Below the pieces are notes generated by a model that was not told the DNA's origin, searched no databases, and worked only from the letters and a program-made list of their open reading frames with translations. From an uncultured Fusobacterium sp. (GTDB lineage: Bacteria; Bacillota; Clostridia; Lachnospirales; Lachnospiraceae), in contig CAUTRK010000009.1 in the NCBI GenBank assembly GCA_963540885.1, positions 26-64,025 on the forward strand: DNA of 64,000 nt. Direction: 5' to 3'. The position numbers were made by a program, and so were the translations under genes. How positions within the stretch are numbered: position 1 is the stretch's first letter; every line of letters starts with the position of its first letter. Positions 9,240 to 18,853 of the stretch are shown here, piece after piece.

Positions 9240-12200
9240 TTATTCTGTTGCAAAACCGTAGCGCTTTTTCCGCTGCATCATCCGGTCGTACATCTTCTCG
9301 AACTCGTCCATAGCCATCTGTAACCCGGCCTGCACTTCGTTCCTGTCCGCATTCCCCATGATAGTGATCTGCGGCGAGAAGATAATGTCTCCGCCTCCGC
9401 CAAATCCGGCACCGCCGATATCCGCAAGCTCCCGTTCCTTGATGCCGAGCATCTTTCCGGCCTGCTGCCACAGCGCGATATTCTCCCGCCTTGCCGACCG
9501 CTGGAAGGAGATAACCGCTTCTGTCCCGGCTTCGCCCGCGATAGACGGGCCGTTGGTAAAGCCGCCTTTTGCAAGCATCGGTATATTCAGCGGGCCGAAA
9601 GTCTTGCCGCCAACCATCGGCACCCAGTCAGGTATATTGACCTGAATGCTGTTGATCTTTCCGATTATGCCGTTGATAATCGCCTTGATTGCTTCAATCG
9701 GCGTGGATACAAGCCCGACCATTGCTTCAAATGCTCCGCCGAGCATTGTCTTGCAGCCTTCCCATACCTGCCCCCAGTTGCCGGTAAAGACTCCCGTAAG
9801 GAAATCAATAAGACCCTGGAAGAATGTCTGGATTCCCTGAACTATCGTCAGGATTCCTTCGGAAAGCACCTGGAACCCGGCAAGCACCGCAGGCACTACC
9901 ACGCTTCCTACGTTCAACAGTGCCGTCGCAATCGCACCGATGATCGGTTCCGCCGCCTGAATCACCTGTGCTATTGTCGTAAATACCGTCATGACCGCAG
10001 TTCCGAGCGCGGTAAAAATCGCCGCTATGGTCGGTGCTGCTGCCGTAAATGTCTGCATCAGGATCGGTACGACCGTCTGCGTGATGAAGTTGAAAATGTC
10101 TAATATGATCGGCTTCACGTAGGTTGTGGCGAAAGTAACGATCTGCCCTACCACTCCCATGATGGATTGCAGTATCGTTACCAGCCCGCCGAATGCCGCA
10201 CCGGCATCATCGCCAAACATTCCGGTAATGGCCTGCTGAACCGGTGCAAGTGCTTTCGCTACTCCGCCATCAGCAAACAGTCCTGTGATAAAATCACCGA
10301 CCGCTGCCAGCTTCCCGGTAAACTTATCAAAGACGGCCACGCCTTTTTCACCGAACACATTCCCGATGATTGTCCGGATGTCCTCCAGATGATCCCCGAG
10401 AATGCTGACCACGGCTATGATGCCCGAGATAGCCAGCACGACCGGCGCTGCTCCCGTCACAAGGCTCCCGAACCCGGAGGCAATCGGCCCCCAGAATGCC
10501 CCGCCCAGGTTCGCTGCCGCGCCGCCAAATTCAAGCCCGGCTCCCAACGCTCCTTTTCCGAGGTTCAGCATCCCGCCGCCGATTTGCGCGGCTTTACCCG
10601 CTGCGCCGCCGATAAACTGCCCGGCTTTGCTGTTTTGCAGCATGGCAAGCCCGGCTCCGGCTTTTGTCTTTAGCGCATCAACTCCCATTCCGCCGAGCAT
10701 AAGCCCGCCGTCTACCAGGTCTTTGAATGTCGCGCCGTAAATGCCGGAAAGAATCTGTCCTGTGACGCTTGCGGTTCCTTTTGCCGCTCCGATCAGTCCG
10801 CCGCCGATCTTCGTACCACCAAGGCCCTTGATTCCGCCGAGGATGTTTCCTCCCCACGCCTTTCCTGAACCGAGCATTCCGCCGAGCATATTTGAAATGC
10901 CCGGTATCATGCCGCCCTTGACGCCGCCGTTTTTCAGTTTATGTCCAAACAGCATTGTCGAAAGCATTCCCGGTGCTCCGGTAATGCCTTTGATCAGGCC
11001 GCCGCTTCTTCCGCCGAATGCTGACTTTGAGCCAAACAATAAGTCCGCGCCGCCGCCGAGCAGTCCCTCGATGGCCGGGGCGAACTTCATACCGACGAAT
11101 GCCGCCGCGATCTTCCCGATAGTCGCCGCCACCTGCGGGCCGTTGTCGTTCACATAGTCCAGCGCCTTAGTGATGTACGGCAGATACTTTTCGATCATAT
11201 CTCCGACTTTGGAGATTCCCTTCGATGCCAGCTCCGCCAGCGTCCCGGAAAGCTCCTGGAGCTGCGGCATGTTGTCGTTGAGCCGCAGGAACAGTTGCCG
11301 GATGGAATCATCCCACTGCGTCTGCAATGGGACAAAACTCTTTCCTATGTTCACTTTGAACATGTCTATGGCGCTGTTCCGCATCTGCCGCACGGCTTCC
11401 GGCGTCGCAGTCTTAATGTCGAACTCCCGCTGCATACTGTTCATGTATGCCTGTTCATCCGCCACCATTTCAAGCGCGTGCTGGTATACGTCCAGATTGT
11501 TGACGATCTTCGCTCCGCCCTCTGCGGCCCATACGCCGAATAATTGTCCGACGGCATTCAGCCGACGTTCTTCCGGGAGATTGGCGATTCCTTTAAAGAG
11601 CGTGTTCAGAGTTCCTACGCTGTCCTTCGTCATGGACTTCGAGACTTCTTCCGCAGTCAGGCCCATTTCCGCAAGCACGCCCTTCTGCTTCTTTGTCATG
11701 TCCGAACCTTTGGAAAGATTCAGCGCCATACGCTTAATGCTTGTACCGACGCGATCCGATGCAACGCCCGTTGCCAGCATGGCGTCAGCCAACGCGACCG
11801 TTGTTGACGGGTCGATGCCCGCAAGCTGTCCCAGCGCTGCCGACTGATTGACCGCGTTTGCAATCTCCGCCGCCGTCGTTGCAGAGTTCGCGCCCAGGTA
11901 ATTGATCTGGTTTGCCAGAGTCATTACCTCTTCGTGGGACATGTTGAATGCGTTTTCCCACTTTGCGCCGTACTCTGCGGCTTCCTTCGCTTCAATGTCC
12001 CATGCTGACGCCATCACAGCCGCATCTTTTACCAGTCCGCCGATATTCCCTTTTTCGTCAACCTGGAACATCTGCTCGATGGTTTTGCCAGACTGTCCCA
12101 TGGCTGCGGTCATTTCGGCAAGATATTCGCGCGTCAAAGGAACCTGCGTGCTTACCTTCTGGATGGCGTCATAGACATATTCATAGTTTTCTGCGTATGT

Positions 12201-12530
12201 CTTTCCGTTCGATGCGGTTTTCAGCGTGCCGTCAAGGTTCTTCGCCGCAGAGCCGATATTCCCCAGCTCGTCAGCCATACCGTCCACGTACTTGATAACA
12301 TCGCCAAGCTCGTTCTTGTACTTTACGGCTTCGTTGGCGCATGCCTTTAATCCCGCCACCGTCGCCGTTGTCATGGCTCCCATGGCCGCAAGACCGACCG
12401 TGCCGATCCGGCTTAGTGTCCGCGAGAATCCGCTGATCTGCCGCTGTGACGAATTGAGTGCGGACAAGAGGCTTTTGTCCATCTTGCCCGCGATTTTTAT
12501 TGTCAGAGCTAATGTTTTGTCTTTCGCCAT
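9240..12530 (-). CDS. Tail tape measure protein
   Basis: 1096 aa, Gly/Ala-rich with helical repeats, positioned after the chaperone gene. Confidence 0.9.
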   Translation of the reverse strand: MAKDKTLALTIKIAGKMDKSLLSALNSSQRQISGFSRTLSRIGTVGLAAMGAMTTATVAGLKACANEAVKYKNELGDVIKYVDGMADELGNIGSAAKNLDGTLKTASNGKTYAENYEYVYDAIQKVSTQVPLTREYLAEMTAAMGQSGKTIEQMFQVDEKGNIGGLVKDAAVMASAWDIEAKEAAEYGAKWENAFNMSHEEVMTLANQINYLGANSATTAAEIANAVNQSAALGQLAGIDPSTTVALADAMLATGVASDRVGTSIKRMALNLSKGSDMTKKQKGVLAEMGLTAEEVSKSMTKDSVGTLNTLFKGIANLPEERRLNAVGQLFGVWAAEGGAKIVNNLDVYQHALEMVADEQAYMNSMQREFDIKTATPEAVRQMRNSAIDMFKVNIGKSFVPLQTQWDDSIRQLFLRLNDNMPQLQELSGTLAELASKGISKVGDMIEKYLPYITKALDYVNDNGPQVAATIGKIAAAFVGMKFAPAIEGLLGGGADLLFGSKSAFGGRSGGLIKGITGAPGMLSTMLFGHKLKNGGVKGGMIPGISNMLGGMLGSGKAWGGNILGGIKGLGGTKIGGGLIGAAKGTASVTGQILSGIYGATFKDLVDGGLMLGGMGVDALKTKAGAGLAMLQNSKAGQFIGGAAGKAAQIGGGMLNLGKGALGAGLEFGGAAANLGGAFWGPIASGFGSLVTGAAPVVLAISGIIAVVSILGDHLEDIRTIIGNVFGEKGVAVFDKFTGKLAAVGDFITGLFADGGVAKALAPVQQAITGMFGDDAGAAFGGLVTILQSIMGVVGQIVTFATTYVKPIILDIFNFITQTVVPILMQTFTAAAPTIAAIFTALGTAVMTVFTTIAQVIQAAEPIIGAIATALLNVGSVVVPAVLAGFQVLSEGILTIVQGIQTFFQGLIDFLTGVFTGNWGQVWEGCKTMLGGAFEAMVGLVSTPIEAIKAIINGIIGKINSIQVNIPDWVPMVGGKTFGPLNIPMLAKGGFTNGPSIAGEAGTEAVISFQRSARRENIALWQQAGKMLGIKERELADIGGAGFGGGGDIIFSPQITIMGNADRNEVQAGLQMAMDEFEKMYDRMMQRKKRYGFATE

Positions 12531-12657
12531 TCCTCTGCCACCTCGTTATTGATTTCCAAAAACTCCCGGACTGGCAGATTCAGATAGAAGTCAACTCCTG
12601 TATTGGTAGCTGCGGAAAGCCGGATAGCGGCTCTCCTTAACTCCTTCGCTCCGCCCT

Positions 12658-13311
12658 TTACTCGAAAAAACTTGAATCATTCACCGCCGATTTCAGCTTC
12701 ATAACTTCCCGGAGCGGAAGCCCGGTAAAGAAATTCTCCGGCAGTCCTGTCGCCATGGAGGCCATAGCGCACGCATAGACAAAGTTCTGTGATGCATTCG
12801 CCGCCGCGAACCCTTCCTCTGCCATGCGGTTTTCCGCGCGAGACTCGTTCATGCTGGTGAGGTCCCCGACCCCCGAAAGGTCAATCTCCGTGTAGGCTTT
12901 CCCCTCGTAGTCGTAAGGCTCATTCAGCGTAATAACGTGGTTCTTCGCGCCGCCGTTCAGGTTCATGGTTCCCATGATTACCTGCTTTACCGCCCGGGAG
13001 ATATCCAGCCGCGCCAGCTTGAAGAACTCCACCGGAAGCCCCGTTGCCTTTGCGGCAATGATCCGCGCGAATGACGTGCTCGTTTCCGTGAGCACTACCG
13101 CTGCGATATCCTCGCCGTTGAATAATGCGCTCTGGGCTTCGATGCCATCCCGGATTGTCAGTTTCTTTACTCCGTTCAGGTCGATCTCTGTATACTCTTT
13201 TCCTTCAAAGGCATACGGTTTTTTCAGCTTAATGACATATTCTTCATCCCTTGCCGCTTCTTTTATTTCGATCACATTTTTCTCTGCGGCTACGCTCATT
13301 TCTTCTGCCAT
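12658..13311 (-). CDS. Tail assembly chaperone (two tandem gpE-like domains)
   Basis: 217 aa lying between the tube and tape measure genes. It carries an internal duplication: VIKLKKPYAFEGKEYTEIDLNGVKKLT... and VITLNEPYDYEGKAYTEIDLSGVGDLT... Confidence 0.6.
   Translation of the reverse strand: MAEEMSVAAEKNVIEIKEAARDEEYVIKLKKPYAFEGKEYTEIDLNGVKKLTIRDGIEAQSALFNGEDIAAVVLTETSTSFARIIAAKATGLPVEFFKLARLDISRAVKQVIMGTMNLNGGAKNHVITLNEPYDYEGKAYTEIDLSGVGDLTSMNESRAENRMAEEGFAAANASQNFVYACAMASMATGLPENFFTGLPLREVMKLKSAVNDSSFFE
12664..12670 (-). promoter_or_regulatory. Candidate -1 programmed ribosomal frameshift site (T TTT TTC) of the tail assembly chaperone
   Basis: The slippery heptamer lies 1 codon before the stop (agt ttt ttc gag taa). 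The -1 frame stays open for about 50 codons to the TAG at 12509-12511, overlapping the tape measure start. Confidence 0.55.
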
Positions 13312-13350
13312 GTCGGCTCCTTTCGATTCTGTTTTTGTCCTTTAAGCACC

Positions 13351-13400
13351 AAAAAGCACAGCCCCGGCGGGATGTTCCCGGCCGTAAGCCGTGCTTTTCT
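13351..13400 (-). terminator. Hairpin plus U-run after the tail tube gene
   Basis: The minus strand reads AAAAGCACGGC...GCUGUGCUUUUU, an imperfect GC-rich stem followed by a T-run, lying between the tube and chaperone genes. Confidence 0.45.
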
Positions 13401-13418
13401 GATTACCCGATGGGTAAT

Positions 13419-13943
13419 TTATGTGAGTGCGTTGATCTCCGCCAGCATGTCCACGCCGTTGACCTTGTAAACGGAGTTGAGCTTATCCACCTCGATAAGC
13501 TGCTTGCCGTCCACTTCGATCATGATGTAGGTCAGCTCCAGGGTGACTTCCGCCTCCATGGTCTCGCCCTTCTCCACCTTTCCGGGCTTAAAGGACTTGA
13601 CGCGGCCAACCTCCACGACACGGAGTCCCTTGTGCGTGTATCCGCCGGTCTTGTCATAGACCTGCTGTGCGGCGCGGAAAGTCAGGTTGACGGTTTTCGT
13701 CGGGGACAACATGTCCATAGCGGAGCTGTAAAGGGTGTTGAACGGTACGACCTGCTCCATGCTCTCGAACTGGCCGATAGTGGGGCTATCGATCTCGCCG
13801 CTGATGCCGCCGCCCTCAATGGTGCTGGTCTTCATGTTGATCTCCGGCAGATCCATGGATGCGCCGTTGCCAATCATCTTCGTGCCGTCAAGATAAACAT
13901 TGAAGTCATTGATCTTCTCGGGTACGTAATTATTTCCGATCAT
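13419..13943 (-). CDS. Tail tube protein (P2 FII-like)
   Basis: 174 aa directly downstream of the sheath gene, with N-terminus ..EKINDFNVYLDG. Confidence 0.8.
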   Translation of the reverse strand: MIGNNYVPEKINDFNVYLDGTKMIGNGASMDLPEINMKTSTIEGGGISGEIDSPTIGQFESMEQVVPFNTLYSSAMDMLSPTKTVNLTFRAAQQVYDKTGGYTHKGLRVVEVGRVKSFKPGKVEKGETMEAEVTLELTYIMIEVDGKQLIEVDKLNSVYKVNGVDMLAEINALT

Positions 13944-13956
13944 TTCTCATTCCTCC

Positions 13957-15411
13957 TTATGCCGTGAGCGCAGTCGCAAGGGCGTTCGGGTCGAACTCGA
14001 TCACGTCCTCGATATCCTCTGCCGGGGTATACGGCGTAATGTACTGATGGAAGGTCAGCTTTCCGTCGAGAAGGTCTGCGGTGGTGTTCTCATCCTCGTT
14101 GAAGGTGATTTCATACCGTGCGCAGACTCCACGGGCGACAAAGCCATTTCCGCGTACATTCTCCGAATCCACGATAGCCTCAATCAGCCGCTTATTTGCC
14201 GGGGAGTCTACTTTCTGGAAATAAGTCAGGATAAAGGTATTTGCCGCCCAGCTCATGAAACGCCGCACGGAGAACCATCTGTCCTTCGGGTCAGTGTTGC
14301 CCGGATAAGCCGCCGTGTTATTGCCCCACAGGCGGAAGCCGTTCATGTTGAGCCACGTCGCCACGCCGAAGCTGTTGACGGTGTTCGCCTGCTCCTGGTC
14401 CAGAAGAACCTCCGTGCCGTCCGCAAGGCAGGCTGCGGAAATGGAGATGGTCTTGTTGGACGGGGAGACATTGGGGGTGTCGTCGTTCGCCGCATCGGTG
14501 TATGCGGTCAGAGCGCCCGCCAGGGAGGATCCGCTGTATACGGTGTCGCCAACCTTGCCGTACAGCCATACGTCATAGGCGTTTTCAGAAGTAGCGCCCT
14601 GCGCTTCCTTCTTCGTCTTTACGTCGGTGTACTTCTTGGCTCCGGTCGATCCACAGTCGATGTCGATGATGCAGACGGACTTGAACACGCCGTTCAGTTC
14701 CTTGGTCTTTGCCTGCAGGGCTGCTGCCACGGTTGCGTCTGTAGACCATCTCGGGGCAAGCAGAATGCCCGGGGTCATGCCCAGCTTCGGATATACCTGC
14801 CGCACGACTTCAATGCCGGTCTCTGCGCCCGTAGAGGCGTTCACGCCCCCAACGATATGCGCCGCCGTCACAGCGTCCGGGTTCAGCTTATTGCCGGAAA
14901 CCTTGACTGCGGTTGCGCCGTTGCCATTTCCGCCAGCGATCAGCACGATATCCGCGCTGCCGTCCTCCTCGAATGTCACGGTGTAATCCGTGTCCTTCGT
15001 GAGCGTGGTACTGTCCTTCTTGACGGTAAGGCCGTCCAGGATCAGACCGACAATGCCGGTCTTCGCCACACCGTCAGTCACGGTAACGTTGGTCTCCGCA
15101 ACAGCGGTCTTATGCGTCGCGGGATCCAGCACGTTGATCAGGATGATCGGGCCGTTGCCGACGACCTGGAAGTTTGCCGCAATCGCTTCACACAGCGTAT
15201 ACTTCTCAAAGTCCGGCACAAAGCCCACCGCTTCGACTGCCTCCTTGTAGTTGTATGCGATGATCGGAGTATTCACCGCCGCTGACGGATCCGCCGCCAT
15301 ATTGACCGGAGCCGTGCCAACGATCACCTGCAGGCCAGCCGTTCCCGTAACCGGGGCAACGAGGCTGGTTGCTACTTCGCTGGTGTATACTCCATGCTTG
15401 TAAGTTGCCAT
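13957..15411 (-). CDS. Contractile tail sheath protein
   Basis: 484 aa with N-terminus MATYKHGVYTSEVATSLVAP.. typical of FI-like sheath proteins. Confidence 0.85.
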   Translation of the reverse strand: MATYKHGVYTSEVATSLVAPVTGTAGLQVIVGTAPVNMAADPSAAVNTPIIAYNYKEAVEAVGFVPDFEKYTLCEAIAANFQVVGNGPIILINVLDPATHKTAVAETNVTVTDGVAKTGIVGLILDGLTVKKDSTTLTKDTDYTVTFEEDGSADIVLIAGGNGNGATAVKVSGNKLNPDAVTAAHIVGGVNASTGAETGIEVVRQVYPKLGMTPGILLAPRWSTDATVAAALQAKTKELNGVFKSVCIIDIDCGSTGAKKYTDVKTKKEAQGATSENAYDVWLYGKVGDTVYSGSSLAGALTAYTDAANDDTPNVSPSNKTISISAACLADGTEVLLDQEQANTVNSFGVATWLNMNGFRLWGNNTAAYPGNTDPKDRWFSVRRFMSWAANTFILTYFQKVDSPANKRLIEAIVDSENVRGNGFVARGVCARYEITFNEDENTTADLLDGKLTFHQYITPYTPAEDIEDVIEFDPNALATALTA

Positions 15412-15425
15412 AGTCCTTTCTCTCC

Positions 15426-15749
15426 TTAAAGTTCAGACTTTAATTTCCCGTAGAGAAGTGCCTCTGCCGTGCCCTTGGTTTCAAGTTTCGTTCTCATTTC
15501 TGCGAATCTCTCCACCGGCACGATCATTGTCCTCGCGATAGGGTGCTTTTCTGCGAAATCTCTGACATAATCCGGGATGCCGCCGTTAAAGACAGTGTAT
15601 TGCCTTGCCACGCCACGGATAGACGGTCCGCAGTAAACGAATAACCCGGATTCTTCCGGGTCGTTCTTCTCTGCTTCCATCTGCTCCATGACTGCAGGCT
15701 CCTGTTGCCGTTCTTCCGCAGTCTGCTCTTTGCTTATTCTTTTCGTCAT
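15426..15749 (-). CDS. Hypothetical phage protein
   Basis: 107-aa ORF in the operon, with a 4-nt overlap with the upstream gene. Confidence 0.45.
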   Translation of the reverse strand: MTKRISKEQTAEERQQEPAVMEQMEAEKNDPEESGLFVYCGPSIRGVARQYTVFNGGIPDYVRDFAEKHPIARTMIVPVERFAEMRTKLETKGTAEALLYGKLKSEL

Positions 15750-16276
15750 AAAAGCTCCTCCAACTCTGTATCCTGCGTCATGGCCGGGGCCGTACAGTCA
15801 AATGTGATTGCGCCGTAGAAATACGGCCTTGTGTCCTGAATCTGCAAAGCCCATGAAATCGGTTTCAGCACGGTAAACGCGCCGCCAAAATACGGATGTG
15901 AGCACAAGCGCTGAATGATATCTTCTTTGATGTTTGCCACATCCTGATATCCTTCCCGCTTCACACCCTCGTCGTAACAGCAGATAACCAGTGCAAAGCT
16001 CACGATCTGCGGGCTGTCCTCCCTCGGGATTTCTCCCTCGGTCATTTGCACGAGAATGTAGGGGCAGGGCGCGTCTGCCGAATCGGCGTCCACATCGTTA
16101 TCCTCCGGAACCGGCAAGTCCTGTTTGTAGAACGTGAGCAGTTCCCTTCCCTGCTGCCCGACATACTTCCTGCCGTCGAACAGTTCTTTCAGTTCATCGA
16201 TCAATGCATCCTGGCAAAGCTGCGGCGTCCGTCCGATACCGGCGGCTTCGACCATGCTTATATAGTTTTTTGCCAT
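15746..16276 (-). CDS. Neck / tail completion protein (positional call)
   Basis: 176 aa lying between the head-tail connector genes and the sheath gene. Confidence 0.4.
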   Translation of the reverse strand: MAKNYISMVEAAGIGRTPQLCQDALIDELKELFDGRKYVGQQGRELLTFYKQDLPVPEDNDVDADSADAPCPYILVQMTEGEIPREDSPQIVSFALVICCYDEGVKREGYQDVANIKEDIIQRLCSHPYFGGAFTVLKPISWALQIQDTRPYFYGAITFDCTAPAMTQDTELEELL

Positions 16277-16279
16277 GCC

Positions 16280-16975
16280 TTATCTTCCTTTCGCCTGTTG
16301 CAGCTCCAATACCCGGTACGCTCTGGTTATCAGCGCGTCCATGAGAAAATCCTCTGCTCCCGGCTCAACTTCCGGCCAGATGGTGTGATGCATTGCGGTA
16401 GCCGACGGGGATCCCATCGTCATAAGTTTTTCTACTCTGCCGTCCTTCGTGGTCCATCTCGGGACTTTGCTCCGGAATGTCACTTTGTTCTTGGAGTTGG
16501 AACCGATCACTCTCTGCACCATGCCGACATGCCCGGACTTAAACGGGAGGAGGAAACCTTTGCTCAGTCTCCCTGCTCCCGTCAGCGCTTTCATGGCGCT
16601 TGATTTCAGGACTTTGCCCTTGAAATAATCCGGGGCATTGGCTGCATTGCCCCCGATATAAAATGTCCCCGGCTGACTCTTGAAGTAGCCGAGGTCGTTT
16701 CTCATGGTTGCAATATGCAGCTCTGCGCTGATGTCCTTATTGCTTGCGCTCTTGGTCTTTTTCAGGTCGTTCAGGTGCCTTGCTCCGGCGGCATTGACTG
16801 CATACCTTGCTTTGGCGTGCTTGATCATCTCCCGGCGCGTATATCTTGCCGTGGAGTTGACTGCCACCTTCGCGACTGCCGGAGTCTTTGCTTTCAGGTT
16901 CCCGAGGATCCGTTCTACTTCATTGATCCCCTCCAGCCCAATCACGATATTGTTTCCTTCGTAGACGATGCTCAT
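16280..16975 (-). CDS. Head-tail connector protein (HK97 gp10-like, positional call)
   Basis: The start at 16975 (MSIVYEG..) forms an ATGA overlap with the upstream stop. Confidence 0.45.
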   Translation of the reverse strand: MSIVYEGNNIVIGLEGINEVERILGNLKAKTPAVAKVAVNSTARYTRREMIKHAKARYAVNAAGARHLNDLKKTKSASNKDISAELHIATMRNDLGYFKSQPGTFYIGGNAANAPDYFKGKVLKSSAMKALTGAGRLSKGFLLPFKSGHVGMVQRVIGSNSKNKVTFRSKVPRWTTKDGRVEKLMTMGSPSATAMHHTIWPEVEPGAEDFLMDALITRAYRVLELQQAKGR

Positions 16976-17382
16976 TGCCGTACCCTCTGCATGGTCATTC
17001 GGTATACGCCGTCCTCTTCTCTGCACTGTAGGATTGTGAAGGTGCGCTGCTGACTGGTTCCCTTGTCAACAACAAGGTCTTTGCCGATCTTCGGTCTCGG
17101 CCCGTAGTCCGCTGCCTTAATGTAGAGAATCGTGTGTGACGTATACAGTCCGGTATCGAAGTTCTGCTTTGCTCCTGCTTCCCAATGCGCGGAATGCTCC
17201 CGGAGTGTGCTTTCCTCGATGATCACCGGCGCTTCCTTGCCGTCTATCGTGTGAGTCTCGGCGTGCTCGTCCAGATTGAAGAATGCAAGGCTGATATCCG
17301 CTTTTGCGCAGTCTTTGAAGGTCGGGCGCTTCCATTCGCTTTCCGCATTCTCATAATCCTGTGTCACTTCAAACAGCGCCAT
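16972..17382 (-). CDS. Head-tail adaptor / head closure protein (positional call)
   Basis: 136 aa and the first gene after the capsid terminator. Confidence 0.4.
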   Translation of the reverse strand: MALFEVTQDYENAESEWKRPTFKDCAKADISLAFFNLDEHAETHTIDGKEAPVIIEESTLREHSAHWEAGAKQNFDTGLYTSHTILYIKAADYGPRPKIGKDLVVDKGTSQQRTFTILQCREEDGVYRMTMQRVRQ

Positions 17383-17394
17383 ATCTTAACCTCC

Positions 17395-17424
17395 AAAAAG
17401 CCCCGCCGGTCTCCCGGCGAGGCT
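17395..17424 (-). terminator. Rho-independent terminator after the major capsid gene
   Basis: The minus strand reads GCCUCGCCGG-GAGA-CCGGCGGGGC followed by UUUUU. Confidence 0.6.
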
Positions 17425-17434
17425 CCTGTCTCTA

Positions 17435-18487
17435 TCAGCACACGAAAGCTACGAACCAGCTATCCACCTTGTCCGGGATGGGAAGCGGGCGTGCCTGAAC
17501 TTCAAGCAGCCGTCTGTCGGGCTGATGCTTTACGAAGCTGCGGAATACTCTCTCGGACTGTGCTGTTACCCACTGCTGGGAAGCGTCCTCGATGTAGTTG
17601 CAAGCGCCGTATGCCATCATGAAGCCCGGGTTGGCCGGAATCAGGATAACGGCATTGTCCGGAATGAGCGGCTTGGTCTCCGGGTTCTCCGGGTCTGTCC
17701 AGTCGTCCAGATATACCTCGCCGTAGCTGTAGATATCCAGTGCCGGATTTGCCAGATGGCCGATATACTTCACGCCGTTCGGAAGGTCTCTCGGCGCGAC
17801 TTCGCCGTAGAGATATCTTCTGTTGTCTAGGCGCTTCATAACGGTTTCGTCTGCCAGGAACGCCCGGAGTGCGGACTTGCCCATGATCACAGTGTCTACG
17901 TTGGCAAAGCCGTTGATAAGCACCCTGTCGGTCCAGTCCTCCAGATTGTCGAGAATCTTTGCTGCGGACTTACCCCACTGCGCAGTCCCGGTAAGTGACT
18001 CGGTGTTGCTGAATCCGAAGCTGATTACCTCGTTCACGCCCTCGCCCACGACCGGAATCTGTCCGGTGACGATTGCCTGTACAGCCATCCACTCTTCACG
18101 ACGGGTTACAGCGTCATTCAGGCGGTTGTAATCCTCGGTGAGCTGACGCGCCGCACGCTGCGCCGGGGTCATGCCGCTGTAAAGGGTCTCGCCCGGAAGC
18201 CTGCTCATAAGGCGGTCTGCCGTGGTGATGTCGGACGGATTGATGAGCGGAGCCGCGTAGCTCTCGGTCTTATATCCCTCCGCCCGAAGCGCCTTGCCGC
18301 CGACTCTCGGATGGACGAAAGCCGCCATGCGGCGGTTGCCCTTCACGATGTCGATGTCAACGCGCTCGGTAACGAAAGTCTTCACGTTGGTGAAGAACTT
18401 GTCCTTGAAAAACGTATGAACCGGCGGTGCGGTTCTCACAACCTCTGCCAGATAGCGCGGGCTGTAGATGTTGACTTCGTTCGCCAT
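17435..18487 (-). CDS. Major capsid protein (lambda gpE-like)
   Basis: 350 aa with N-terminus ..IYSPRYLAEVVRTAPPVHTFFKDKFF.. characteristic of the phage capsid E family. Follows the decoration protein gene. Confidence 0.85.
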   Translation of the reverse strand: MANEVNIYSPRYLAEVVRTAPPVHTFFKDKFFTNVKTFVTERVDIDIVKGNRRMAAFVHPRVGGKALRAEGYKTESYAAPLINPSDITTADRLMSRLPGETLYSGMTPAQRAARQLTEDYNRLNDAVTRREEWMAVQAIVTGQIPVVGEGVNEVISFGFSNTESLTGTAQWGKSAAKILDNLEDWTDRVLINGFANVDTVIMGKSALRAFLADETVMKRLDNRRYLYGEVAPRDLPNGVKYIGHLANPALDIYSYGEVYLDDWTDPENPETKPLIPDNAVILIPANPGFMMAYGACNYIEDASQQWVTAQSERVFRSFVKHQPDRRLLEVQARPLPIPDKVDSWFVAFVC

Positions 18488-18507
18488 GTCTTATCCCTCC
18501 TCTTAAA

Positions 18508-18840
18508 TCACTTTAAGAAAATGCCGATGTTCCTGAATCCGGTTTCCAGATCCGCTGCGGTGACGCCGGTCGGCAGTGCCAGCTTGTCAGCGAAGAACTC
18601 TCCGGTAAGGTAGATAACGACAGATGCGTCCGCTACGGCGTCCTCTGCGGCGATGCCGTACAGAGTGTCACCACTTGCGGTAACTGCCGCTGCCTTGCCG
18701 TTGGAATCGAGCTTCACGGGAGCGCCCTTGCTGATTGCGCCCGCCGCCGTCTTTGCCTTGGTCTCAATGGCGACATTCGCGCCAGCAATGAGATAATCCG
18801 GCTCCGTGGAGAAGGTCTGCTTTGCTAAATCCATTGCCAT
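18508..18840 (-). CDS. Head decoration protein (lambda gpD-like)
   Basis: 110 aa with ..PDYLIAG......KAKTAAG..ISKGAPV........YGIAAEDA. Confidence 0.7.
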   Translation of the reverse strand: MAMDLAKQTFSTEPDYLIAGANVAIETKAKTAAGAISKGAPVKLDSNGKAAAVTASGDTLYGIAAEDAVADASVVIYLTGEFFADKLALPTGVTAADLETGFRNIGIFLK

Positions 18841-18853
18841 GGTCTCGTCCTCC

